Source: an uncultured Clostridia bacterium | GTDB taxonomy: Bacteria; Bacillota; Clostridia; TANB77; CAG-508 | Length of the DNA: 64,000 nucleotides | NCBI GenBank assembly: GCA_910589185.1 | Contig: CAJUSU010000001.1 | Coordinates: 1,191-65,190 of the forward strand | Direction of reading: 5' to 3' | Shown: positions 8,701 to 23,700 of the stretch, in pieces | How the letters are laid out: every line of letters begins with the position of its first letter | Position numbering within the stretch: position 1 is the first letter of the stretch | The notes under the pieces: model-generated | Databases searched by the model: none | Told to the model about the DNA's origin: nothing | Seen by the model: only the letters and a program-made list of their open reading frames with translations | Position numbers and translations under genes: made by a program

Positions 8701-11700
8701 TATCAGTCATTAGATGAAGAAGTTGCCACAGTTTCTACTGATGGAACTGTTATCGGAATGAAAGAAGGAACCACAGGAATTGTGATAACAGACACCACCA
8801 ATGAAATTGAAACAACAGCTTATGTAACAGTAGGACAAAGAGATTTTAGCGACATTTACAAAATAGTAGCAGGATCCAATCATACTGTATTATTAAAACA
8901 AGATGGAACTGTTTGGGCATGGGGTGCTAACAATGTAGGACAAATGGGAAATGGAGAAATATTTAGCAAACAAGCCACACAAGCAGAGCGAGTATTAGCA
9001 CCAGAAGGAACTGGATATTTAACAGATGTCATAGATATTGCAGCAGGAACTAGCTTCTCAGTAGCATTAAAAAGAGACGGAACAGTGGTAGCTTGGGGTG
9101 ACAATACCTATGGACAATTAGGAAACACAAATGGTGTAGCAGAGAGACCAGTTTATGTACTAGATATGTATGGAAACAAATTAACTGGTGTGACAAGTGT
9201 ATCAGCAGCAAGAGACCATGCAGCAGCAGTCAAAGCAGATGGAACTGTTTGGGCATGGGGAAGAAATGACTATGGTCAAATTGGAAACAACTCAAGCTTA
9301 GCAACTTGTGCTTATGCAGTACAAGTATTAGACAGTACAGGAGCAGACTACTTAAAAGATATCAAGCAAGTTAGTGTAGGACAAGCCTTTGTAACTGCCT
9401 TAGCAAAAGACGGAACTGTCTGGAGTTGGGGACTTGGAACTTCAGGACAATTAGGAAACGCAGCAAAAGCAACTAAAAAATTACCAGTACAAGCAACAGG
9501 TGTAACAGATGTCACAAAAGTAGTAGCAGGAAATGCAGGTGTTGCTGTATTAAAAACAGATGGCACAGTTTGGTGCTGGGGTATGAACAGATATGGAACC
9601 TTAGGATATGGAACATTAAGTACTAGCAGTTCAAATGCAAACTATTTAAAAACTACACAAATTCAAGTAAAAATAGATGCCAACACTTATCTAGAAAATG
9701 TAAAAGATATTGGTGGAACTTTTGAAACTAGATTTGCCTTAACACAAGACGGAACCGTATATGGCTGGGGCTTAAATACAACTGGAGAAATAGGAGATAG
9801 CACAAAAGCAAATAAAGCTTATGCCACAAGACCTGTTAGAAGATATAAGGACGAAGTAGAAAATACAATTGTCAAATTAAGCAGTTCAACTTCTGGATAT
9901 ACCAACTATCTCATCAAAGAAGATGGTAGTATTCTAGGAAATGGTAGGGCAACCAATGGACAAATCTTAGAAGGTGGTAACTATACAGAAAGAGCCTATG
10001 TAGATGATGTACTAGTAAGCTATATGGAATTTGCAAATAGAATAGAATATATCAAACAAGGTGCAACTAAAAAGCTAGAGGTAAGAGGAGTAGAAAACCT
10101 AAATGCTTTAGGAAAAGCACCAGAACTTGGTAAACTAACTTGGAAATCTATGAATGAAAATGTAGTTAGCATTGACCAAAATGGAAACATCACAGCAAAA
10201 GAATTAGGACAAGCAACTATTATTGCAACAGAAGATAAACATGGATACAGAGCACAAGCAACTATCTATGTAACAGCTAACAAAGAAGAAGCAATTGCAG
10301 CACCAATGGTAGTACAAGGAACAGGATTTACAGTAGCTTTAAAAGCAGACGGAACAGTTTGGGCGGCAGGACTAAACAACAATGGAGCATTAGGAGATGG
10401 TACTTATACCAATAGAGAAAACTTAGAGCTAGTTAAAATAGATGAAAATACCAACTTAACCAATGTAGTTAGAATTGCAGCAGGAAATTCACACGTGGTT
10501 GCTGTAACAAAAGACGGTTTTGTGTATGCTTGGGGACTTAATGGAAACGGACAACTAGGTATTGGTTCTACTGTAAAACAAAACTATGCACAAAAAGTAT
10601 TAGACGAAACAGGAGAAGACTATTTATCTAACATCATAGATGTAGCAGCAGGTGGGTTACATAGTATTGCCATTGACAACCAAGGAAATGTATATACTTG
10701 GGGAAAAGGTGGAAATTATCAATTAGGAAATTATGCAACAGCCAATAAGACTACCCCAATTAGAGTATGGGATACTTACAACATTGTCAAAGCAGCAGGA
10801 GGAACAGAACATACCATGTTACTTCGTGGAGATGGAGTAGTACAAGGAACAGGACTAAACACAAATGGTTGGCTAGCAATGGGAGACGCAGATACTAGAT
10901 ATACTCCACTAGAAATAGGAAGCAACGCAGAGGCAGCAATTCAAAGAGAAATTTATGATATAGGAGCAGGAGCAAACCATAGTATTTTCCTAAAAGAAGA
11001 TGGCAAAGTATATACCGTAGGATTAAACACCTCAGGACAACTTGCCACAGGAAATGCTACTGCAAGCAATGTTTTAGTAGTAGCACAAACCAAAAACGAA
11101 AAAGACGAATTAGTAGACCTTGAAAATATAGTAAGCGTTAGTGCAGGAAATGCAACCTCTTTTGCCATTAGCAAAACAGGAGAAGTATATAGTGCAGGAC
11201 TTAATACTTCAGGACAATTAGGTTTAGGCAATAGCACATCACCAATCAATACTTTCACAAAAGTATTAGATGATGAAGGAGAAAATCCATTACAAAATGT
11301 TATTGCCAATAGCAATGGTTCAGGAAATACTATCAATAGTGCCTTTATTACCAAAGATGGAGTTTTATACACTTGTGGTAATAACGCAAACGGACAATTA
11401 GGAAATAGCACTTACTTTAACTATAATGTACCAGTCATTGCAGGAGATGCACAATTAAAAATTGCTAATACCCAAATGAAAGTCCAATTAAATCAGGAAG
11501 CACAAATTGATTTAAAATTAGAACAAGGCTTCAATGTATATAACAACACAAAAGAAGTAGGAACCAACCTTACATATGAAGCAACAAATCCAAATGTAGT
11601 AACTGTATCTAATACAGGAAAAGTAACAGGAAAAAGACTAGGAACTACTAGAATTAAAATCACAGATAAAGATAACAAAATTACAGAATATGTCCCTGTC

Positions 11701-14700
11701 ACTGTACTTCACAGCTATGGATTTACAGAAGCTAAAATCGTGTCAGGCTTAAACTTTGCAGTAGCTTTAAAAGAAGACGGAAGTGTTTGGGCATGGGGTA
11801 ATGGAACATCAGGAAGATTAGGAAATGGCTCAACCGCTAACCAAACACAAGAAGTACCTGTGTTAGACCCAAATGGAAAAGACCAATTAACAGGTGTTAT
11901 TGATATCGCAGTAGGACATGACAGCACAGTTGCTTTATTACAAGACGGAACTATGGTAGCTTGGGGAAATAACGCAAACTATAACCTAGGTGATGGAACC
12001 AATGTAGATAGAAGTATTCCAGTATTTGTAGTAGATGCCAATGGGGACAAAATTCAAAACATTACCAAAATTGCAAGAGGAAATGACTATACCTTAGCTT
12101 TAACCAAAGAAGGAGAAGTATATAGTTGGGGTTATAATAAATATGGACAATTAGGAAATGGTGGAACTAGCACAAATGCTACTCCAATCAAAGTAAAAGA
12201 ATCAACAGGTAAAGGAACTTTAAAAGGTATTATTGATGTCAAATGTACCATGTATGCCTCTATTGCCTTAGACGCAGACGGAAGTGTTTGGACATGGGGA
12301 AAAAATGCAAATGGAGAATTAGCTAATGGAACAAAAGATGATATCACTTTACCAAAACTTAGCAAATTAACAGATATTGACCAACTAGCAACATCAGCTT
12401 ACTCTGGAATAGCAATTGACAAAAACGGAGCACTTTGGAGCTGGGGCTGGAATGGCTATGGACAATTAGCAGATGGTACCACAACAGATAGAGCCACACC
12501 AGTTAGTGCAAAATTAAATGCCACAGACCTAGTTACAGATGTTATCGATATTGGAACTTCAGGAGGAACCCACTACATCTTAACTAGCAACTATCAAGTA
12601 TATGCAGTAGGTGGAAATGCACAAGGACAAATAGGAGATAACACCACTACTAACAGAAGTTACTATACACAAGTAAAAGCAAAATATGGCGAAGCATTAA
12701 CAGATAAGATTGTTAAAATCAGTAAATCTATGTCTAGAACAGACAGTAGTACAGATACTTCTACCGCTTATCTAACTAGAGAAGATGGAAGTATTTTAGG
12801 ACTTGGCAAAAACTCAGGTTACCAATTATTTGGTAAAAACCAAGATATCTTAAAATGTGCCAAAGAAATGAAAACTTCTTATTTAGAAATGATAGAAAGA
12901 ATAAACAGAATTAAAATAGGAGAAAATACTAAATTAATTCTTAACATGGTGCAAAACTTTAACATATATAGCAGAACACCAGTAGCAGGAAACATCACTT
13001 GGACCAGTTCTAATGAAAGTATTGCAACAGTTGACCAAAAAGGAACCATTACAGGTTTAAAAGAAGGACAAACTACCATTACTGCCAAAGATGATAAATA
13101 TGGCTATATTGCTACATCTATCATTTATGTTACAAGAAATACAGCAAGCACTATCACCATTCCACAAGTAGCACAAGGCCAAAAATTTACCGTAGTTCTA
13201 AAAGCAGATGGAACCGTATGGGCAACAGGACAAAATAATTATGGACAATGTGGAGCAGATAGTTCAGTAGCAAATATTGGTGAATTAACACCAGTCAAAA
13301 CAGAAAATGGAACACCATTAAACAACATTGTAAAAGTTATATCAGGTTTAGACCATACATTAGCCCTAACCAAAGACAGAAAAGTATATGTTTGGGGACT
13401 AAATAGTAATGGACAACTAGGTATTAACTCAAAAGTAAACCAATATGCAGCAACCTATATGCTAGACGAAGATGGAGAAAATCCTGTTACAGATGTTATT
13501 GACATTGCAGCAGGAGAAAGCTTTAGTACCATTTTAAAAGCCAATGGTGAACTATATGCAGTAGGAAATGGAACATATAGCCAATTAGGAATTGGAAACA
13601 CCACTGCTTACATGACATTAGTAAAAATGGAAGAAATGCAAAATGTGGTACAAGTAGTAAACGGTGGCTATCATACCGTTATGCTTAGAGGCGACCAAAC
13701 TGTATGGACAGTAGGTAGAAACCGTTATGGCGAAATGGGAATTAACAGTATCAAAGATAGCAGTACCGCAACTGCACAAGGAATGGGATATGCAAGACAA
13801 GTTATCAACCAAGACCAAAATGGAGTGCTAAGAAATATTACACAAGTAACAGCAGGTGGATACCACAGTGTAGCTTTAACCAATACCAAAGAAGTATATA
13901 GCTGGGGATATGGAGGAGATGGACAGCTAGGTACAGGAAAAACAGCACATTTTGCTTATCCACAAACGGTTTTATCCTATAAACCAACTGCAGAAGAAGA
14001 TGAAGGAATTTCAGGAATTATCCAAGTTGGAAGTTCAGAAAGAAGTATTTTCTTCTTAACAGAAAACCATGAAGTATATGCAACAGGTGAAAATTCAAAT
14101 TATCAATTATCACAAGACAACACAACAGACCTTTTGACACCAAATGGACTATATGATTACACAGGAGAAAAATATATTGACGAAATTGCCAATATTCCAA
14201 CAGGTTCTAAAAATATCAACAATACAACAGTCATTAAACAAGATGGAACCGTTTGGGTATCAGGTTTAGGAGCAAATGGTCAAATTGGAAATGGAGAATT
14301 TCAAACCGCCACTTTATATACAAGAATGGGAATTGCCAAACTACAAGTAGCAGACAAAATAGTAACTTTAGCACAAGGTGAAACCCATACTCTAGATGTA
14401 TCTGTTAATCAAGGGTTCAATGTATATGAAGGCGAAACAGACAAAGCAGGAAAACTAAACTACACATCTTCTAATACTCAAATTGCAGCTGTTGACGAAA
14501 ATGGAGTCATTACAGCAGGCAAACAAGGCGAAGCTAGAATTACTATCTATGATCCTGTACATGATTGGACAACTAGCACTTTAGTCAAAGTAACAAGAGA
14601 TGCCGAAGATAAAGTAAAAGCAGAGACATCAGTAGGTAGTGCAGGACTTATTCTAAAAACAGATGGCAGTGTTTGGACAGCAGGTGATAATACCTATGGT

Positions 14701-17700
14701 CAAAGAGGAGTAGGAGATAAAGCAAAACATCTAACAGAAACTCCTGTATTAGACCCAAATGGAACAGATAAATTAACAGATGTGATTAGCATATCAGCAG
14801 GACAATATTTTAATGCAGCAGTAAAACGTGATGGTAGAGTAGTAACATGGGGAATTAACACCTATGGACAACTAGGAAACAAGACAAATGTCAATAGTGA
14901 AATACCAGTTTATGTATTAGATATAGACGGAAACCCATTAACCGACATCTTCCAAGTATATTGTGGTGAAAACCATGCAGTAGCTGTAAGAAAAGACGGA
15001 AGTGTTTGGACATGGGGATATAACTATTATGGACAACTAGGAGATAATACAGCAACCAATAGAAATTATGCAATACAAGTAAAAGACCGCTCAGGCTTAG
15101 GCCATTTACAAGGAATTTGCCAAGTTGTTGCAAATCGTAATACTACACTTGCTTTAACAGACACAGGAGAAGTATATGCTTGGGGATATAACTATGATGG
15201 ACAATTAGGAGATGGAACCAGAACCACAGGAAGCAACCCAGGCGGAAGAAGAAAATTACTACCAGTTAAAGCTGTTATTACAGATGTTGCAAGACTTGCA
15301 GGTGGTTTACACTCTACACTAGCACTTAAAAATGATGGAACAATATGGACTTGGGGACTAAATAGATATGGAAGTTTAGGTTATGGTTCATCTTCTACAT
15401 CAGAAGGTACCCATTATGCAAAAGCAACACCAATGCAAGTTAAAATAGATAGTGTTACTTTCTTAACAGATGTAGTAGAAATAGGAACTTCTTATGAATC
15501 AGATTATGCTGTTACCAAAGACGGCAAAGTATATGCATGGGGCTATAATAACGCAGGACAATTAGGTGTTAATAACACTACAAATTATAGCTATGCACAA
15601 CTTATTAAAACAAGATATGGAGAACTTTTAACAGATAAAATAGTAACATTAAGCAAAGGAACAACCGCATCAACCAACTACTTAGTACGAGAAGACGGAA
15701 CTATTTTAGGAGTTGGGTACACAGGTAGTTCACAAAAGCTATTTACTAACAGAACAGCCAATATGGCTACTGTTCAAGAACTAAGACCAGACTTTATGGA
15801 AGTAGACAAAAGAGTTAGCTATATCAAACAAGGTGAAAGCACAAAATTAAATATTCAAATAGCGAAAAACTTAAATGCTTTTACAGGACATATCAAGCTT
15901 GGTAACTTAACATGGACATCTTCTAACCCAGAAATTGCAACAGTTACTAATGACGGAACTATTACAGCAGTAGCATTAGGAGAAACCACGATTACCATAA
16001 AAGACTTAGCACATAACTACCAAGCACAAGCAGTAGTATATGTTATCCAAAATCATGAACAAGCAATTACTATGCCAGATGTATCACAAGGTGATAACTT
16101 CAGCGTATTCTTAAAAGCAGACGGAAGTGTTTGGACAACAGGTCTAAATAGTAGCGGACAACTAGGAGATGGAACTACAATCAATCGCTCTAAACCAGTA
16201 AGAGTAAAAATAAACTCTAAAGAATATCTATCAGGCATTGTGAAAATAGCAGCAGGTTTAGATCATGTTACAGCATTAAGTAAAACTGGCGAAGTCTACA
16301 CATGGGGAACCAATGATGTAGGACAACTAGGTAATGGAGGAACCACAAGAAGCGTATTTGCTAGCAAAATACTAGATAGTAATGGACAAAACCCAATTAG
16401 TAATGTTGTGGACATTAACTGTGGACACAAATTCACTTTAATGTTATTAAATGACGGAACTGTTTGGGGAGTAGGAAGAAATGCTTATGGTGAATTAGGT
16501 ATTTTAAATAATACAAATAAATCTCTACCAGTACAAATGGACGGAATTGCCAATGCTATTAGAGTACAAGCAAATTCATCAGGTTCTAGTATTCAAATTG
16601 CCGATGGAACTGTTTGGACAACAGGATATAACTACTATGGAACATTAGGACAAAATGGAACTAACACAGGTTCTTCAGCAGCATCACAAGGTAGAAATGC
16701 ACCAAACCCAGTTATCAACAATACTAGAAATGCAGTATTAAGAAATGTAGTCAAATTAGTTGGTGGTTTACACCATGATATCGTATTACAAGAAGATAAC
16801 ACTGTATGGGCATGGGGATATAACCATGTAGGACAATATGGAACAGGAAATACTACAAACTTTGCTTACCCAGTAAGAGTACAAATGGGAGGAGAAGAAT
16901 TAACAGACAAAGTAGTAAATGTTGGTACATCAGGATACAACGCACTTCTTCAAACCATAGATGCACAAAACAAGAAACATACTCTTATTACAGGATATAA
17001 CAACAATGGTCAATTAGGAAATGGAACCACTACAAATGCAACCAGTTTTATCCCACTTAACAATAAAGATAATACTGAAGAAGCGGAAAATATAGACATC
17101 TTACCAGATGATACAAGAGGACATTTCACTTTAGGTGTTATTGACACCAATGGAACTGTTTGGACAGCAGGACTTAACAATTATGGACAATTAGGTGATG
17201 ACACAGTTTATAACAGAAAAAATATTGTACAAGTAGGAGAAATTGCACTTAAAGTAGAAGATATTATCTTCACAATGAACCCAAATGACACCAAACAAAT
17301 TAAGGCATATATTGAAGATTCCTTCAATGTGTACATCAAAGAAAACCAAGTTGGCACTTTGAAATTTGAAAGCTTAGATGTAGCGATTGCAGAAGTAAGT
17401 GACACAGGAGTAGTAACAGCTAAAGGAATTGGAGATACTCTAATTCGTGTAATTGACACAAGTAGAAATATCCAATCAGCAGTCTATGTCAAAGTCATCA
17501 AAAAACAAGATGATATGCAATACGAGCCAATGGTAGACGGTGGAACCGCACATTCTGTTGCTTTAAAAGGTGATGGAACTGTATGGACATGGGGATATAA
17601 CAAATTTGGACAATTAGGAAATAACACCACTGTAACAACAGAAATGCCAACACAAGTTCTTGGAAAAGATGCAACTGGATTTTTAACAGACATTCAAATG

Positions 17701-20700
17701 GTAGCCAGTGGAAAAAATCATGTTTTAGCTTTAAAGAATGACGGAACTGTATGGGCATGGGGATATAACAACTATGGACAATTAGGAGATAATACACAAA
17801 TCACAAGATATACACCAGTACAAGTATTAGCAGAAGATGCAAGTAGTCCACTTCAAGACATTATCTATATTGCAGCAGGAGAAGACTACTCAGTAGCTAT
17901 TAACAAAAAAGGTGAAGTATGGACCTGGGGAAAGAATGATTACGGACAACTAGGCGACGGAACCAAAACTGCTAAATACACACCAACAAGAGTAAAAGCT
18001 AACCTTTCAGGCATTATCAAAGTAGCTTGTGGTATTAGACACACAGTTGCTTTAAAAGCAGACGGAAGTATTTACACTTGGGGCGATAATGGAAATGGCC
18101 AATTAAGTGATAATACGAATACACAAAGACTAATTCCAGTCAAAGTATTAGAAACAGCAGATACTTATGTATCAGATGCCATCAGTATTTCAGCAACCAA
18201 TTATAGTACACATATTTTAAAAGCAGATGGAACTGTAAAATCAGTAGGACTTGGAACTTCAGGACAACTAGGAGATGGTGGAAAAGTAAATACAAAACTA
18301 CCAGTAACAGTAGTTGGAGTTGGCGGAACAGATACTTTAGCACAGGTAAAAAGTATCAAATCAGGAGCAAACACAACTTATGCTTTACGAAAAGATGGAA
18401 CCGTAGTTTCTTGGGGACTTGGAACCAATGGAGAATTAGGAAATGAAGCTTTAGCTAACAGCCTATTCCCAGTAGAAGTGGTTAACCATACACAAGACGG
18501 CATTTTAAGCAATATCCTATATATCGGAGCAGGAGCAAATCATGGAATGGCAGTAGAAGACACAGGATATGTAGAAGTTTGGGGCTTAAATAGCCAAAAA
18601 CAAGTGGGAGACATCACAATTGCAAAATCAACTTACCCACTCTATATTGGTTCAAAAATAGTAGCAACACCTAGTGAAGTGACAATGGAAGTTGGAGATA
18701 CTCAAAACTTAAAAGTAGCAATGCAATCTTTCAACTTATTTAGAGCAACAGAAGATGAAACCATGACAAGAGTAACTTACCAAAGCTTAAATGAAGCAGT
18801 AGCAACTGTTTCAAAAAATGGAACAATTACAGCAACAGGAATGGGTATTACCACAATTGTTGTAAATGACCACTTATCTGCTAAAGTAACCACAGTACAA
18901 GTTAGCGTATTAGAAAATAACGCAATTGCTACACCAAAAGTAGTATCAGGAATAAATCATACTATTGCCTTAAAAGCTGACGGAACTGTATGGACATGGG
19001 GATATAACCATCATGGACAATTAGGAGATGGAACGACCAAGAGTAGTTATATACCACAAAAAATCGGACTAACAGATGTCATTGATATTGCAGCAGGAGA
19101 CCACTTCTCAATGGCATTAAAGAAAGACGGAAGTGTATGGGTATGGGGCTTTAATGATAGAGGACAATTAGCACAAGGAAACACAGCAGAAAGCCTAACA
19201 CCAGTACCAGTGAAAGGTGTAAATGGAGATCCATTACCAAGAGTAAAGAAAATTGCAGCTTGTAGATATTCTTGGGTAGCTATATTAGAAACAGGAGAAG
19301 TTGTAGGCTGTGGTGCTAATACACAAGCAATTTTAGGTGACGGAACTAGCACAGACAGATACTTCCCAGTATATATGCTAAATCACAATGGTTCAGCACA
19401 CGTCAAAGAAGTAAAAGACATCACCATTGGTCAATGTGAAACCTTCTTAATTAAAGAAGATGGAAGTTTATGGTCAGTAGGACATAACTGTAATGGTGGT
19501 ATGGGTGTAGGTAATAAAACAGCATACACCAGAATTAGACAAGTACAAGATACCACAGGTACAGGAGTATTAAATAATATTATTCAAGTATCAGGTGGTG
19601 GTTGGTACACACTAGCCTTAGACGCAAACGGAAATGTTTGGGCTATGGGAAGAAATGCAGAGTACGAATTAGGAATTAACAATACCACTTCACAAACTAG
19701 ACCTCAAAAGGTATTAGGAGTAGGAGGCACAGGATATCTAGAAAACATTGTTAGAATTGAAGCAGGTTATTACTCATCTTATGCTGTTGACAAAGCAGGA
19801 GATGTATATGCTTGGGGAGATAACAGACACGGACAATTAGGTATCAATAATGCAACTACTCAAAAAGTACCAAAACAAGTATTAGGTGGAACAGCAGGTG
19901 GAAACTTAGATGATGTAATGCTTGCATCTTCTAATGGATACCATGCAACTTTTGTCAAATATGACGGAACTGTATGGACCACAGGATATAATGGAAACGG
20001 AGAACTGGGAAATGACTCAACTGCTAAAAGATTAACCGTAGAATGTATCAGTAATCCACAATTAGAAGTAGACCAAAAATACTTATTATTTAGTCAAAAT
20101 CTTGGAGAAACCAAAAAGGTAAATGTCAAAGCCAATAGTGGATTTAACCTATTAACAGACACAGCAACAGCAGGTGCAAATACCTTTAAGAGTTTAAATA
20201 CCAGTATCGCAACAGTAGACCAAGACGGAAATATTACTTCAGCAGGAAGCGGAACTACTTATATTAGAATTACCAATGACACCTTAGGATTAACTACCAC
20301 TGTAAAAGTAGTAGTACCATATAGAGATGGTATAGTGGTTCCAAAAGTAGACGGTGGAGCAAACCACTATGTAGCCTTAAAAGCAGACGGAACCGTATGG
20401 ACTTGGGGTTACAATGGCTATGGACAATTAGGTATTGGAAATACAGCAAACCAATTAGAACCAGTCAAAACTAATATGACAGATGTCATTGATGTAGCAG
20501 CAGGTGGAAACTTCACAGCAGTATTGAAAAAGGACGGAACTGTTTGGGTAACAGGACAAAATAACTATGGACAATTAGGACAAAACAACACAACAAACAC
20601 CACCAACTTTATTCAAGTAAAATCAGAAAATGGTTTGGCAAATTTAACGGATATTATTGGTATCACAGCAGGTGAGTACCACATGGCAGCATTGAAATCA

Positions 20701-23700
20701 GATGGAACAGTAGTTGCTTGGGGATATAACGCTTATGGACAACTTGGAAATAACACCAAAACAACCGCTAAATTACCAACAAGAGTAAGACGTGTTAGTA
20801 GTATTATGGAAATTGCAGCTAATGGAAATTACTTAATTATGCTAGTATCAGACGGAACTGTTTGGGCAGCAGGAAACAATAATATTGGACAATTAGGACA
20901 AAATAACACAACAGTTAGCACCATTCCACTTAAAATAAAGAACCCAGCAGGTACAGGAGAAATGACAGGTATTGCCAAAGTAGAAGCAGGTAACGGTCAT
21001 ACCATATTATTAGGTGAAAATGGCAGAGTATATTCAACAGGACAAAATAATTATGGACAATTAGCACAAGGAAATACCACAAATAAAACCTTAATTGTAG
21101 AAGCAAAAGAAGTCGGTGGAGCAGTCATAACTAATGCAGCAGACATTGTTGCAAGAAATTGCACAACTATGATTTTAAGAAAAGACGGAACTGTATATAC
21201 CGCAGGATATAACGCTTATGGTGCAGCAGCTAATGGAACAACAGTTGCAAACAAATACTTTACCAAAATGCTTGGAGAATATGGTGAAGGAGACTTCACA
21301 AATGTTTTATTAGGTGCACAAACCAATAATACAGCCTTAGTAGCTAACAACATAGGAAGTGTATATACCGCAGGATATAACGCTTATGGTCAATTAGGAG
21401 ATAAAACCACCAAGCAATCTAATTACCTAGTAGGTATTAGCCATACATCACTAGAAGTAAAAGAACCAATTATGACAATGCAACAAATTGGTAGTCAAAA
21501 ACAAATAGAATGTAAGTTGAATTTAGGCTTTAACATTTTATATAACAACCTACAAACTGAAAACTATACCTACAAAGTATTAAACAAAGATATTGCTAGC
21601 GTTGACGCAAATGGAGTAGTAACTGCTCTAAAATATGGAAGCACCAGTATTGAAATAACAAATCAAGAAACAGGCAATAAAGCCACTGTTATCTTAAATG
21701 TTGTAAGAGAAGGAGATATTGCTAACCCTAAAGTAGCAAGTGGTGTAGACTACAATGTAGCCTTAAAATCAGACGGAACTGTATGGACATGGGGATATAA
21801 CAATTATGGAGAGTTAGGCTTAGGAGATACAGCAAGAAGATTAGAGCCAACAAAGGTCAATATCACAGGAGTAATTGATATTGCAGTAGGAAACCACCAC
21901 ACCTTATTACTAAAACAAGATGGAACTGTTTGGGCAATGGGATTAAACAATTATGGTCAAATTGGAAACAATACTACCACAAATGTTAGTCAGCCAGTCC
22001 AAGTACAAGGCTTAGAAAATATCATCAGAATTGAAGCAGGAGCAAACCATTCTATTGCATTAAAATCAGACGGAACAGTTTATGGTTGGGGCTATAATGC
22101 TTATGGTCAATTAGGTGATAATACTACAACAAGAAGAAATGTACCAGTGGAAGTAAGAAGAATTAGTGGAATTAAAGATATTGCAGCAGGTAACCACTCT
22201 AGTATGGCATTAGACACAGACGGAAATGTTTGGGTATGGGGCTTAAATACTTCAGGACAATTAGGACTTGGAACCAAAACCAATGCCATTTTACCAACCA
22301 AATTAACTTCTGTTAGTAAAATTGCACAAGTAGAGATGGGAACCAATTATGGTATGGTAGTTACAGAAAATGGAGAAGTATATAGCTTTGGTGTGAATGA
22401 TGTAGGACAATTAGGTATTGGTAATAAAACTAACCAAATTACACCAAAACAAGTATTACAAGCTGATAAAACACCATTAACCAATGTAGAATATGTAGCA
22501 GCAGGAACCAAACACGTTCTAGCCAAAACTAAAAATGGTTTAGCTTATGGTTGGGGACTAGATACAAATTCTCAATTAGGTGATGACCAAACCACAAATA
22601 AACTAAATGCTGTGCCAATTACTTATGCAGGTGGAGCAGATGAAATCACAGAAGTTCTAGAAGTAGCAGCAGGAAATGCACATTCTATCCTTGTTAGAGA
22701 AGACGGAACTGTATGGACAGTAGGAAAGAACAACTATGGACAAATTGGTGATGAAACTACCATCAACAAAAAATCTTGGGTATGCATTAGTGAAATTAGA
22801 ATTAAAGTCAAAGAAACTTCTATTACAATTAATGCAGTAGGAGGAAAATACAACTTAAGTCCAGTATTAGGAGTAGGCTTTAACTTATTATATGATGACG
22901 GAGCAGACGGAGATTTTGCTTTTGCAAGTAAAGACACCACCACTGCTGATGTATCAGAAAAAGGTGTTATCACAGGTGTTAAACGTGGTAAAACCAAAAT
23001 AGGAATTACAGAAACCAATACAGAAAAAACCATTTATGTAGATGTTTATGTATTAGACGAAAAAGATGTTGCCTTCCCACAAATTGTAACTGGTGAAAGT
23101 ACAACAGTAGCCCTAAAAGCAGACGGAACTGTTTGGACTTGGGGACAAAACGACAAAGGACAATTAGGTCTAGGAGACAACAAAAACAGAATTGCACCTA
23201 CAAAAGTAGACATCGATAATGTAATAAAAATTGCAACCAGTGGTAACCACACACTAGCCTTAAAGAAAGACGGAACTGTTTGGGCTTGGGGACAAGGTAC
23301 AGCAGGACAACTAGGTACAGGCTTATTACAAAACTCAAATGTACCAGTACAAGTCAGAGATGAAACAGGTGTCAATGTTCTACAAAACATCAAAGAAATT
23401 GCTACCGCAAACCAATTATCAATGGTAGTAACCAGTGAAGGCAAGGTATATGCATGGGGACTTGGAACTTCAGGACAAATCGGAAATGGAGCAAAAACCA
23501 ACCAAACTATGCCAACCAAAACCCTAGGACTATCTAATATCACCAAAATTGCAGGTGGAAACCTATCAGCTTATGCTATCACAGACGAAGGAGAAGCTTA
23601 CGCTTGGGGATATAACAATAGAGGTCAATTAGGAGATGGAACCAATACTTTAAGAACACAACCAGTTAAAATACCAAACTTAACAGGAATCATAGAAATT